32,000 nt of DNA from Snuella sedimenti. GTDB lineage: Bacteria; Bacteroidota; Bacteroidia; Flavobacteriales; Flavobacteriaceae. The stretch covers positions 149,876-181,875 of the forward strand of contig NZ_JAELVQ010000006.1 in assembly GCF_016428595.1 (NCBI RefSeq), read 5' to 3'. Shown one piece after another: positions 9,258 through 17,051 of this stretch; within the stretch, counting starts at the first letter, position 1, and the number at the start of each line of letters is the position of its first letter. The notes under the pieces were generated by a model that saw only the letters and a program-made list of their open reading frames with translations, made no database searches and had not been told where the DNA came from. The position numbers were made by a program, and so were the translations under genes.

Positions 9258-9278
9258 TTTAGATTAAAAAGTTTTCTT

Positions 9279-9599
9279 TTAATTCATCTGAACTCCATTC
9301 CACTTTTCGGCAAGCATAGTGAGGTTGGATTTCATTAAATCTTCTGTTGTCATTGCAATTCTAAACTCGCAAACGGCTTCAAAATTTAAAAACCAAGGTT
9401 CTGCTATAGAGGGAATAGCTGAAGGTTCAGCAACATCCACTATCATAACAGCTCCCCGATGGCCGTCTACTTCGGTAAAATAAATACTTTCTGGCTTGAT
9501 ATCTTCGACCACACGGCCAATGATCTCTCCTGCAGTACCATTTCTAACCATTGAATTGAAAGGTTCAATAGGGCAAGTTACATTAACTAACATTCTCAT
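9279..9599 (-). CDS. Small conserved protein of unknown function (about 106 aa, DUF3303-like / ferredoxin-fold-like by recollection)
   Basis: The ORF has no overlap with other genes and is followed by a strong terminator. The pattern ...PIEPFNSMVRNGTAGEIIGRVVEDIKPESIYFTEVDGHRGAVMIVDVAEPSAIPSIAEPWFLNFEA... matches a widespread small-protein family I recall only as uncharacterised. The family name is uncertain. Confidence 0.6.
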   Translation of the reverse strand: MRMLVNVTCPIEPFNSMVRNGTAGEIIGRVVEDIKPESIYFTEVDGHRGAVMIVDVAEPSAIPSIAEPWFLNFEAVCEFRIAMTTEDLMKSNLTMLAEKWNGVQMN

Positions 9600-9731
9600 G
9601 ACTATTGAATTAATTATTAATCTTCCTAAAATACGAAATAAAGAATGCTAAAACAATTATCAAGACCTTAACTTATTAACTTTAAACAACTTAAAAAACC
9701 ACTTACCATCCTACAAAACCACAACAACATC

Positions 9732-10616
9732 TTAATATGATTTTACAAATGCCATGATTTCTGAATCTGATATTTTAGGATTTGCCCCTTCTCTTTGTGC
9801 TACCAAAGCACCTACTGCACATGCGAAATCGATAGCTTTTTGAGGCGCTTTTTTATTTAGCAATTGGCTAATTAAGGCAGCTAAAAATGAGTCACCTGCC
9901 CCAACAGTGTCAATCACTTTTACAAGAAATCCTTTATTATAATATAGCTTATCATTGTATAATAATATAGCTCCATGTGCTCCTTTAGTAACACAAAGGT
10001 GCTTAGTATTTGTTTTATTAGCAATAAACCTTAGATTTTGTTCTAATGAATTAAATGTAGCCCCCATGTTCCTACTAACTTCATAAAGCTCGTCATCATT
10101 AAACTTTATAAAATCGGCTTTGTCCATTAAATAAGTTAAAATATCTTTTGTATAAAAAGGAGGTCTTAAATTAAGGTCAAAAATTTTATATTTCGCACGA
10201 TCTATAAGTTGGCACAATGTATTTCTGGAACTATCATCTCTAGCGGCAAGGCTTCCAAAGATAAAGGCATCGGCATTTTCAACAGCATTTTTGTTCATTT
10301 TGGTCAACCTTATTTTATCCCAAGCTCTTGGATATTTAATATCGTAAGATGCCACCCCTTCTTTGTTAAGCGTTACCTTTACCTTACCCGTTTTATACGC
10401 ATTATGTTCCTGAACACAACTGGTATCAATACCGCATTCTTTAAGGTACTGTAAAGTATCTGCTCCACTTTCATCTTGTCCGATAGCACTAATTATGGAC
10501 ACATCATGATTAAATGATTGTAGTCTACTTGCCACATTTAATGGTGCTCCTCCAATCTTTTTATAACTAGGGAATACATCCCATAAGACTTCACCGAAAC
10601 AGGTTATTTTTGACAT
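9732..10616 (-). CDS. PfkB-family carbohydrate kinase (fructokinase-like)
   Basis: 294 aa. N-terminal CFGEVLWDVF...GGAPLNVASRL and C-terminal VIDTVGAGDSFLAALISQLL (PfkB signature 2, catalytic GAGD). It lies 24 nt downstream of the saccharopine dehydrogenase gene on the same strand. Confidence 0.88.
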   Translation of the reverse strand: MSKITCFGEVLWDVFPSYKKIGGAPLNVASRLQSFNHDVSIISAIGQDESGADTLQYLKECGIDTSCVQEHNAYKTGKVKVTLNKEGVASYDIKYPRAWDKIRLTKMNKNAVENADAFIFGSLAARDDSSRNTLCQLIDRAKYKIFDLNLRPPFYTKDILTYLMDKADFIKFNDDELYEVSRNMGATFNSLEQNLRFIANKTNTKHLCVTKGAHGAILLYNDKLYYNKGFLVKVIDTVGAGDSFLAALISQLLNKKAPQKAIDFACAVGALVAQREGANPKISDSEIMAFVKSY

Positions 10617-10640
10617 GGTGATAAAAGTACAAAGAACAAA

Positions 10641-11960
10641 TTAGTTTACATAGGTCTCACTAATTTCCACCATGTTAATCCCAAGCTTTTCCAACGCGGT
10701 CAGAATGGGCTTATAAATCGTTTTCTTGATTGGTATATGGACACCGGTTTCTGCTATTTCGCCATCAAGAATCATTTTAACACCAATAGCTGCAGGCAAT
10801 GCAACGGTACGCGCAATGGAGGTATAGGTATCGTTTCCATAATCAAGCATTCTGGAAACAATGGTTTCTTGCTCTCCATCTGCTCTTGTTATATTAAACA
10901 TATGCTGCATAATAACCATATCCCTTTCGGTTGTATCCATCATCATTTTTTCTATCATAAGATCAGATACCAAATCGAAAGCTGAACCAGTTTCCAAGTG
11001 AACCGGTTTCTCGTCCAATACTCCTAACCACTTGATAGCTTGTAACCCTGCATGTTTCTCATCAACACCAAACTTCTTTTTTATATCAATTTCTAGAGTC
11101 GCTCTACTGAAACCGTTCAATTCTGAAGTTATCTGGGCAAAGGTTTTACCTTTTAAATCCAACATATCATAACTGGTTAACTTGAGTGCTTTTAGCAAAT
11201 CCATTGCTACACACCAATTCTTATAACGGAAGGTACCCCGATACATGGTTTTGGCTTCTGGAATACCATAAATATCAATATAAGGCAGGGAATCCCGATT
11301 AGGGTAAACATGCATTTCTTCAACTTCAGGAAAATCCACCACTAACGGATTTTTAAATAAATCGGAAGTATCTAAATTAATAATGTTTCCTTCCTTTAAA
11401 AATTGAGCACCATTATTACTTGCCATAACCACACCTTTTGGTGACCATGAAAACTTATATCGAAATGGATTATTGGCTACTTCTGGGGCGCAAAGGGCAC
11501 CACACAACGAATAAAAAGCATCTATTTTACCTCCTTCGGCATGTACCCTATCTATTATTTGCATTGCGGTCATGTGATCATAACCGGGGTCGACACCTAT
11601 TTCATTTAATATTAAAACACCAACTTCTTTTGCCTCTACATCCAATGCTTTCATCTCTGGTGAAACATAAGAGGTTGTCAACATATTCTTCTTATTAGCA
11701 ATGCATTTTTTCGCAATAGTTACATGATGGGTGTAAGGCAGCAGACTCACGATAATATCATGTGTTTTTATAAGTGTATCCAAAGCATCCAACTCATCTA
11801 TTGTCCAAGCAATGGCTTCACCATGGCTATAGCCTTCCAACACACTTTCGGCTTTAGCCTTGGTTCTACTTGCTATGGTGACTTTTATATTATTATCTAA
11901 CAAATAATGAGCTATTGGTTTTACAACCATACCTGCTCCTAATATTAAAACTTTCTTCAT
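10641..11960 (-). CDS. Saccharopine dehydrogenase, LYS9/AASS-SDH type (NADP+, L-glutamate-forming; acts on 2-aminoadipate 6-semialdehyde)
   Basis: 439 aa with a Rossmann N-terminus KKVLILGAGMVVKP. Long colinear similarity to my recollection of yeast Lys9. Shared blocks include LLPYTHH, TTSYVSPEMKALD, LNEIGVDPGYDHM, NPFRYKFSWSPKGV, YPNRDS, RGTFRYKNW and ERDMVIMQH. Confidence 0.85.
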   Translation of the reverse strand: MKKVLILGAGMVVKPIAHYLLDNNIKVTIASRTKAKAESVLEGYSHGEAIAWTIDELDALDTLIKTHDIIVSLLPYTHHVTIAKKCIANKKNMLTTSYVSPEMKALDVEAKEVGVLILNEIGVDPGYDHMTAMQIIDRVHAEGGKIDAFYSLCGALCAPEVANNPFRYKFSWSPKGVVMASNNGAQFLKEGNIINLDTSDLFKNPLVVDFPEVEEMHVYPNRDSLPYIDIYGIPEAKTMYRGTFRYKNWCVAMDLLKALKLTSYDMLDLKGKTFAQITSELNGFSRATLEIDIKKKFGVDEKHAGLQAIKWLGVLDEKPVHLETGSAFDLVSDLMIEKMMMDTTERDMVIMQHMFNITRADGEQETIVSRMLDYGNDTYTSIARTVALPAAIGVKMILDGEIAETGVHIPIKKTIYKPILTALEKLGINMVEISETYVN

Positions 11961-12093
11961 GTATTTATACTTACTTTACTTATTAATAAACTCATTTAAA
12001 ATGAGAATCATTTTGAATAATTTTTTGGAACTTTTAGGATATTCTATTCGTAGCTAAGAACAGATTTTTGAAGTGTTTCCTCGACTGGCTTTA

Positions 12094-15000
12094 TTAATCA
12101 TTAGTTTCTATAAGCAATAAGGAACCATTATTTCTGGCCAAGATTATTTTCTCTTTAGACCTACTCTGTATAGAATATATACTATTAATTTGACCATCTA
12201 ATAAAATTCCACTTTCCAAAGCCGGAATAGGAGTAAAACCGTTTTCCCCATCATTCTTTAATAACTGACCATAACTGGCATCATTTCTTGGTGTTTCAAC
12301 CTCCGACTGATACATATTCCCTGCTATTAGAATATCTTTTTTCTTGTCATTATCGAAATCTGTTATAATTATATCATTGACAGAAGAAATTTGAGCTTGG
12401 TTTGAAAGTGGGGCTACTTTAAATTGACTGTGCCCTTTATTTTCCAAAAGTACAGAAGCAAACATATAGGTCTTTAGATGCAAAGCTTTTTCTAATTTTT
12501 CTTTTCCATAAACGTCTATTAGTTTGGCACTACCAAAATCATTATAGGTTGGAAATTTTGCTTTTATAAAAGGCATTTGGTTAGATGAACATTCACGCCC
12601 ACGTAATGGGAACAAATCTCCTTGATTGTAATACCCCAGTACGATGTCGTTAGTACCATTATCATCAAAATCCATAGAATACACTTCAAAAGGCGCTTCT
12701 TGACTGGCTCTGTATTTATAGTTTAACCCTAGATTCCCTACTACATAATCCATATCGCCATCGTTATCTAAATCGGCTTCTTTAATACAATTCCACCAAC
12801 CATTCGTATTCTTAAATACATCGCTTTTGATTCTAAAGGTTTCGGAGTCTTTCTTAAAAACGGTTATGGGCATCCATTCTCCTACTACTATCAACTCGAT
12901 TTGGTTGTCATTATCCAAATCGGTCCAAATAGCATCGGTTACCAATCCTAAGTGTTCCAATTCGGGAGCAACGGTTTCTGTAACATCTTTAAAATGCCCT
13001 GCATTGTTTTGTAACAGATAACTCTTCCCTGGATACGGATACTTTTGAGGCAACAACCTACTACCAACAAACAAATCTAAATCCCCATCATTATCAAAAT
13101 CAAAAGGTTTAACACAGCTTCCACTTGACACTATTTTAGGCAACCTAAAATTTTCTTTATGATACCTTCCTTTATTATTAATGTATAAACGATCTTGATA
13201 CATTGTATGCTTATCAGGCCATTCATTACCCCCGCTTACTACATATAAATCTAAATCGCCATCATTATCAGCATCAAAAAAAACGGCTGCTACATCTTCA
13301 AAATCGCTATCTTGTTTCCAAAGTTTATCATTTGATTCGCTGAATGTACCATCCAGTTTTTGTAAATACAATGCTGCTGTATAGCCCTTAGCAGCTCCAA
13401 CGTAGAAATCTTCTAAGCCATCATTATTAACGTCTCCTACTGCTAATGCTGGTCCGAATTGTGACATTTTATGTGGAAGCAGACTCTCCTTTTCAAAATC
13501 ATCATGCTCGTTTTCAATATGAAGATAATCAACCTTAGAGACTTCTGTAATATCTTTAAAATAGGGCTTATTTACTTCATCATGATGTTGCCTTTCAGTT
13601 GCATCCTGATAGTTCAGTGTCATTACATGATTGGCTTTTACGTTTTCCAAAACTTGGGTTTTACCATCTGTCCAAGTAACAGTTACCTTTTCGACATGCT
13701 CGTTATTACCCAAACCAAAATGCACCAAAGGTTGTACAGCCGATTGATATCCCCGAGTGACATAATTCTCGACAACTTGTTTTCTACCTTTAGATTCTAT
13801 TTCTATTCTTGCTCCAATACCATATGGATTTTTAGCCGACCCTCTTAGCTTAAACTGGAGATAGTTTTTATCTGAATTATTTTTTAAAACTGTTGCAGCC
13901 TCATCAATATTATTAATTACCAAATCTAAATCGCCGTCATTGTCCAAATCGGCATATGCAGCTCCATTAGAAAAGGTTGTATTCGTAACTCCCCACGCTT
14001 GATTTGTTTTTGTAAATGTTAAATCACCTTTGTTTTTAAAAAAATAGTTTTGTGTTTTTCTTTGGGGTGTTTTTTGAACCAGCTCTTCGATAACAAGCTT
14101 CATTTTTTCTCCATTCTGCTTAGCTTGCTCTAAACGTTTGAGCTTATATTTTCTAAAATCGTTGTTTCTAAAATCACGTTTAAGACCATTACTAACAAAT
14201 AAATCCTTAAACCCATCATTATCAAAATCTGCAAAAAGAGGTGCCCAACTCCAATCGGTATTAGAAACACCTGCCATCTGGGCTATATCACTAAACTTAT
14301 GATCACCTATATTAAGTTGTAGGGTGTTGTACATATACTGATAATGAAAGCCATTATCGACTGCATGATTGAATGCTTTAGGATTCATACCACTCATACT
14401 GGTCTTTATGCCATAATTATCTTCGGCCACCATATCCAAAGTCATAATATCCAACAGTCCATCATTATTAACATCTGCAATGTCGGTTCCCATCGAGAAA
14501 TTAGAAGTGTGCTTTATCGCTAATTTTAAGGCTTCCCTAAACGTACCATTGCCTTTATTATAATATAGGTAATCTTGTTCAATATAGTCGTTTGCGACAT
14601 AGATATCTGGCCAACCGTCTTGATTCAAATCGCCTATGGAAACTCCCAAACCAAACCCTAATGTATTCCCTATAATACCTGCTTGTTTAGAAATATCGAC
14701 AAACTTCCCATTATCATTTCTATACAGTTTATCACCTACCATGGTATTCTCCTGCATTTTATAATCTTCGGGGTTATTAGTATTTACGGGTGTGACATTA
14801 TGATTTAACAGAAACATATCCAAGTCTCCATCTTTATCGAAATCAAAAAAAGCAGATTGGGTGCTATATCCCGAAAAATTTAAGCCATAATCTTTGGCTG
14901 CTTCCGTAAATGTTTCATTTTTGTTATTAATGTACAGTTCATTTTGTCTATTTGCTGCTTTTCCTTTTCCGGACTTTGACACATAAATATCCAGCCAACC

Positions 15001-15405
15001 ATCGGCATTTATATCTACCATGGTTACTCCTGTAGTCCAGCCAAAACTTCCTTTCACCTTAGCCTTTTCGGTTATATCCTTAAATCTAAAATCGCCTTTA
15101 TTTAAGTATAATTTATTTTCCTTTAGGTTAGAAGTAAAGTAAATATCTGGCAAACCATCGTTATTAATATCTCCAATAGCAACACCTCCTCCATTATAGA
15201 AATACTCATATACCATGCTATTCATAACACTACTTTCTGGTATTTCATTAATAAAATCGATGCCTGTTTGTGACACAGATAATTGCGTAAATAAAGTCTT
15301 TGATGGCAACTGTTTAACAGCTGGTTTAATATTACCGCTATCCTTACACGACATAATAATTGCAACAACCAGATAAACCTTAAGATATTGAATAAACTTG
15401 GCCAT
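12094..15405 (-). CDS. FG-GAP/VCBS-repeat + ASPIC/UnbV domain lipoprotein (CRTAC1-family), 1103 aa
   Basis: Start taken at ATG 15405 (MAKFIQYLKVYLVVAIIMSC|KDS lipobox). The track start at 15429 is a TTG extension. There are at least 14 Ca-binding FG-GAP-like repeats (DINNDGLPDIY, DINADGWLDIY, DFDKDGDLDMF, DLNQDGWPDIYVAN, DLDNDGDLDLV, ...). A central UnbV/ASPIC segment is present (NPYGIGARIEIESKGRKQV...GYQSAVQPLVHFGLG). The gene sits directly downstream of susD-2. Confidence 0.9.
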   Translation of the reverse strand: MAKFIQYLKVYLVVAIIMSCKDSGNIKPAVKQLPSKTLFTQLSVSQTGIDFINEIPESSVMNSMVYEYFYNGGGVAIGDINNDGLPDIYFTSNLKENKLYLNKGDFRFKDITEKAKVKGSFGWTTGVTMVDINADGWLDIYVSKSGKGKAANRQNELYINNKNETFTEAAKDYGLNFSGYSTQSAFFDFDKDGDLDMFLLNHNVTPVNTNNPEDYKMQENTMVGDKLYRNDNGKFVDISKQAGIIGNTLGFGLGVSIGDLNQDGWPDIYVANDYIEQDYLYYNKGNGTFREALKLAIKHTSNFSMGTDIADVNNDGLLDIMTLDMVAEDNYGIKTSMSGMNPKAFNHAVDNGFHYQYMYNTLQLNIGDHKFSDIAQMAGVSNTDWSWAPLFADFDNDGFKDLFVSNGLKRDFRNNDFRKYKLKRLEQAKQNGEKMKLVIEELVQKTPQRKTQNYFFKNKGDLTFTKTNQAWGVTNTTFSNGAAYADLDNDGDLDLVINNIDEAATVLKNNSDKNYLQFKLRGSAKNPYGIGARIEIESKGRKQVVENYVTRGYQSAVQPLVHFGLGNNEHVEKVTVTWTDGKTQVLENVKANHVMTLNYQDATERQHHDEVNKPYFKDITEVSKVDYLHIENEHDDFEKESLLPHKMSQFGPALAVGDVNNDGLEDFYVGAAKGYTAALYLQKLDGTFSESNDKLWKQDSDFEDVAAVFFDADNDGDLDLYVVSGGNEWPDKHTMYQDRLYINNKGRYHKENFRLPKIVSSGSCVKPFDFDNDGDLDLFVGSRLLPQKYPYPGKSYLLQNNAGHFKDVTETVAPELEHLGLVTDAIWTDLDNDNQIELIVVGEWMPITVFKKDSETFRIKSDVFKNTNGWWNCIKEADLDNDGDMDYVVGNLGLNYKYRASQEAPFEVYSMDFDDNGTNDIVLGYYNQGDLFPLRGRECSSNQMPFIKAKFPTYNDFGSAKLIDVYGKEKLEKALHLKTYMFASVLLENKGHSQFKVAPLSNQAQISSVNDIIITDFDNDKKKDILIAGNMYQSEVETPRNDASYGQLLKNDGENGFTPIPALESGILLDGQINSIYSIQSRSKEKIILARNNGSLLLIETND

Positions 15406-15433
15406 AATTAAACGCTCTAAAAATAGCAATAGA

Positions 15434-15467
15434 AATCACCTAAAGACGAAAAAATCTTTAGGTGATT
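15434..15467 (-). terminator. Perfect 13-bp stem-loop between susD-2 and the FG-GAP/ASPIC gene (attenuator or partial terminator)
   Basis: AATCACCTAAAGA (15434-15446) is the perfect complement of TCTTTAGGTGATT (15455-15467), with an 8-nt loop. On the minus strand it is followed by the T-rich TCTATTGCTATTTTT. It lies 36 nt after the susD-2 stop and 28 nt before the downstream ATG. Confidence 0.5.
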
Positions 15468-15503
15468 CACTTAAAAATAACTAATCAAATACTACTAAAT
15501 AAC

Positions 15504-17024
15504 TTACCAACCTGTATTTTGCTGCAGGTTAGCATTTATGTTTATTTCCTGTAATGGAATAGGGTACACAATATGTTTCTCCTGAAAGTTCTCTGCAAAG
15601 GGTTTATTGTGACTTTCTAAAGTTGTTTTTATAGATTCTGTTGCAGTGCTACCGCGTTGCCATCTATACAAATCAAACCAGCGTATACCAAACTCCATAG
15701 CCAATTCTACTGGTCGTTCATGATGCCTAATTTGAGCTCTTAAGGCCTCTTTTGTCATACTTCCTAAAGGAACCGCTCCGCCTCTTTCCCTAACGAGATT
15801 AACCTGATCGATAGCCAACGTCGTTTTATCATTCTCATTCAATGCTTCTGCATACATCAATAATACATCGGCATAACGAATCACAGAAATATTAGTCCCG
15901 TTATAAAAATTCTCATCGGCATTCCAAGAATATTTCTTGAAATATTTTGGATGGTTTAATGCGTCTGACACATCGCTATACAACTGATTTTCACCCGCAT
16001 CCATATTATACATTTCAGAATTGGGATCGTCGAAGAAAATGCTTTCATAAACACGCTCACTAGGATCTCCTGAAGCATCTAGATCTGTTTTCATTTCGTC
16101 TACCAACCATTGTGAGGGGTAAAATAGCTCCCAACCACCAAAGGCATATGGCGACACTTGAAAATTAAACACTTGTCGTTCGTCATTTCCATTAGATCGG
16201 TCTCCTGAAAATTGAATCTCAAAAATACTTTCTACGCCATTTTCTGCATTACCGTTAAAATTATCGCCATAGTTTGGCAGCAATGCATAGCCCATACCTG
16301 TCACTTCTTCCAGTTTAGATTCTGCTTGCCCCCATTTTTCTTGAAATAAATACACTTTACCCAATAGGGCTTTAGCAGCACCCTTAGTTGCTCTCCCCTT
16401 CCATTCTGAAGGATAATCTGTTGGCAAATCTGATTCTGACTCAGATAAGTCTGTTTCTATTTGTGCCCATACAGCTGATGGTTCTGCCTGATTTGGAAAC
16501 AAATTATCCAATTCTCCACTAAAAGTTGTAATTAAAGGAACATTTTCAAATCCGGTTACCAACCAAAAATAGTAGTAAGCCCTCAAGAATTTCGCTTCTG
16601 CAATTAAGCCTTTTTTAGTAGCATCTGAAAGCGCTTCCATATCTGGCACTTTCTGTAATATTTGATTGGCTCTACCAATACCTGCATAACTAGCCTTCCA
16701 GATATTAAAAGGGCCACTTTCTTCGGTTGTATTAGAGAAACTTGCTAAAGAACGTCCGTAAGTTTCTGCTGTATTATTGGCCACATCATCTGCTCGGTAC
16801 GCCATAGATGTATACATTTCCTCAAAAAAAGTCCATTTACTTCCATCAGCACCTTGTATAGCTGCATAGGCAGAGGTTAAGGCCTGCATTGCATGATCTT
16901 CGGTTTGCCAAAAGCTTTCTTCTGTTAGCACCTCTTTATTTTCAACTTCAATAAAATTGTCACTACATGAATTTGCAAACCCAAAAAATAGAATTGCAAT
17001 TATTATATAATTAATATTTTTCAT
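15504..17024 (-). CDS. SusD/RagB-family nutrient-binding outer-membrane lipoprotein (module 2)
   Basis: 506 aa. Lipobox FGFANSC followed by acidic SDNFIEVE. SusD-like blocks LRAYYYFWL, RYADVLLMYAEALNE and RHHERPVELAMEFGIRWFDLYRW. It lies 27 nt downstream of susC-2. Confidence 0.93.
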   Translation of the reverse strand: MKNINYIIIAILFFGFANSCSDNFIEVENKEVLTEESFWQTEDHAMQALTSAYAAIQGADGSKWTFFEEMYTSMAYRADDVANNTAETYGRSLASFSNTTEESGPFNIWKASYAGIGRANQILQKVPDMEALSDATKKGLIAEAKFLRAYYYFWLVTGFENVPLITTFSGELDNLFPNQAEPSAVWAQIETDLSESESDLPTDYPSEWKGRATKGAAKALLGKVYLFQEKWGQAESKLEEVTGMGYALLPNYGDNFNGNAENGVESIFEIQFSGDRSNGNDERQVFNFQVSPYAFGGWELFYPSQWLVDEMKTDLDASGDPSERVYESIFFDDPNSEMYNMDAGENQLYSDVSDALNHPKYFKKYSWNADENFYNGTNISVIRYADVLLMYAEALNENDKTTLAIDQVNLVRERGGAVPLGSMTKEALRAQIRHHERPVELAMEFGIRWFDLYRWQRGSTATESIKTTLESHNKPFAENFQEKHIVYPIPLQEININANLQQNTGW

Positions 17025-17051
17025 CGTTTTGTTTTTTTAATTAATGCCTAA

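Noticed and set aside
9732-10616. Idea that the PfkB kinase is a fructoselysine-6-kinase (FrlD-like), which would make the neighbourhood an Amadori-product (glycated lysine) pathway.
   Set aside because: No FrlB-type deglycase or FrlA-type transporter is present. The N-terminal and GAGD motifs look like generic fructokinase-type PfkB. Specificity cannot be assigned from sequence by eye, so I kept only the general call.
11991-12005. Short AT-only palindrome (CTCATTTAAAATGAG) between the FG-GAP gene and the saccharopine dehydrogenase gene, as a possible terminator.
   Set aside because: The stem is at most 6 A/T-rich pairs with a 3-nt loop, which is too weak to call. Whether the SDH unit is transcriptionally separate from module 2 therefore stays open.
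12094-15405. Reading the family name ASPIC (acidic secreted protein in cartilage/CRTAC1) as support for a collagen or cartilage substrate.
   Set aside because: A name coincidence is not evidence. Bacterial members are widespread in environmental PULs with unknown ligands. I kept only a low-weight speculation in the finding.
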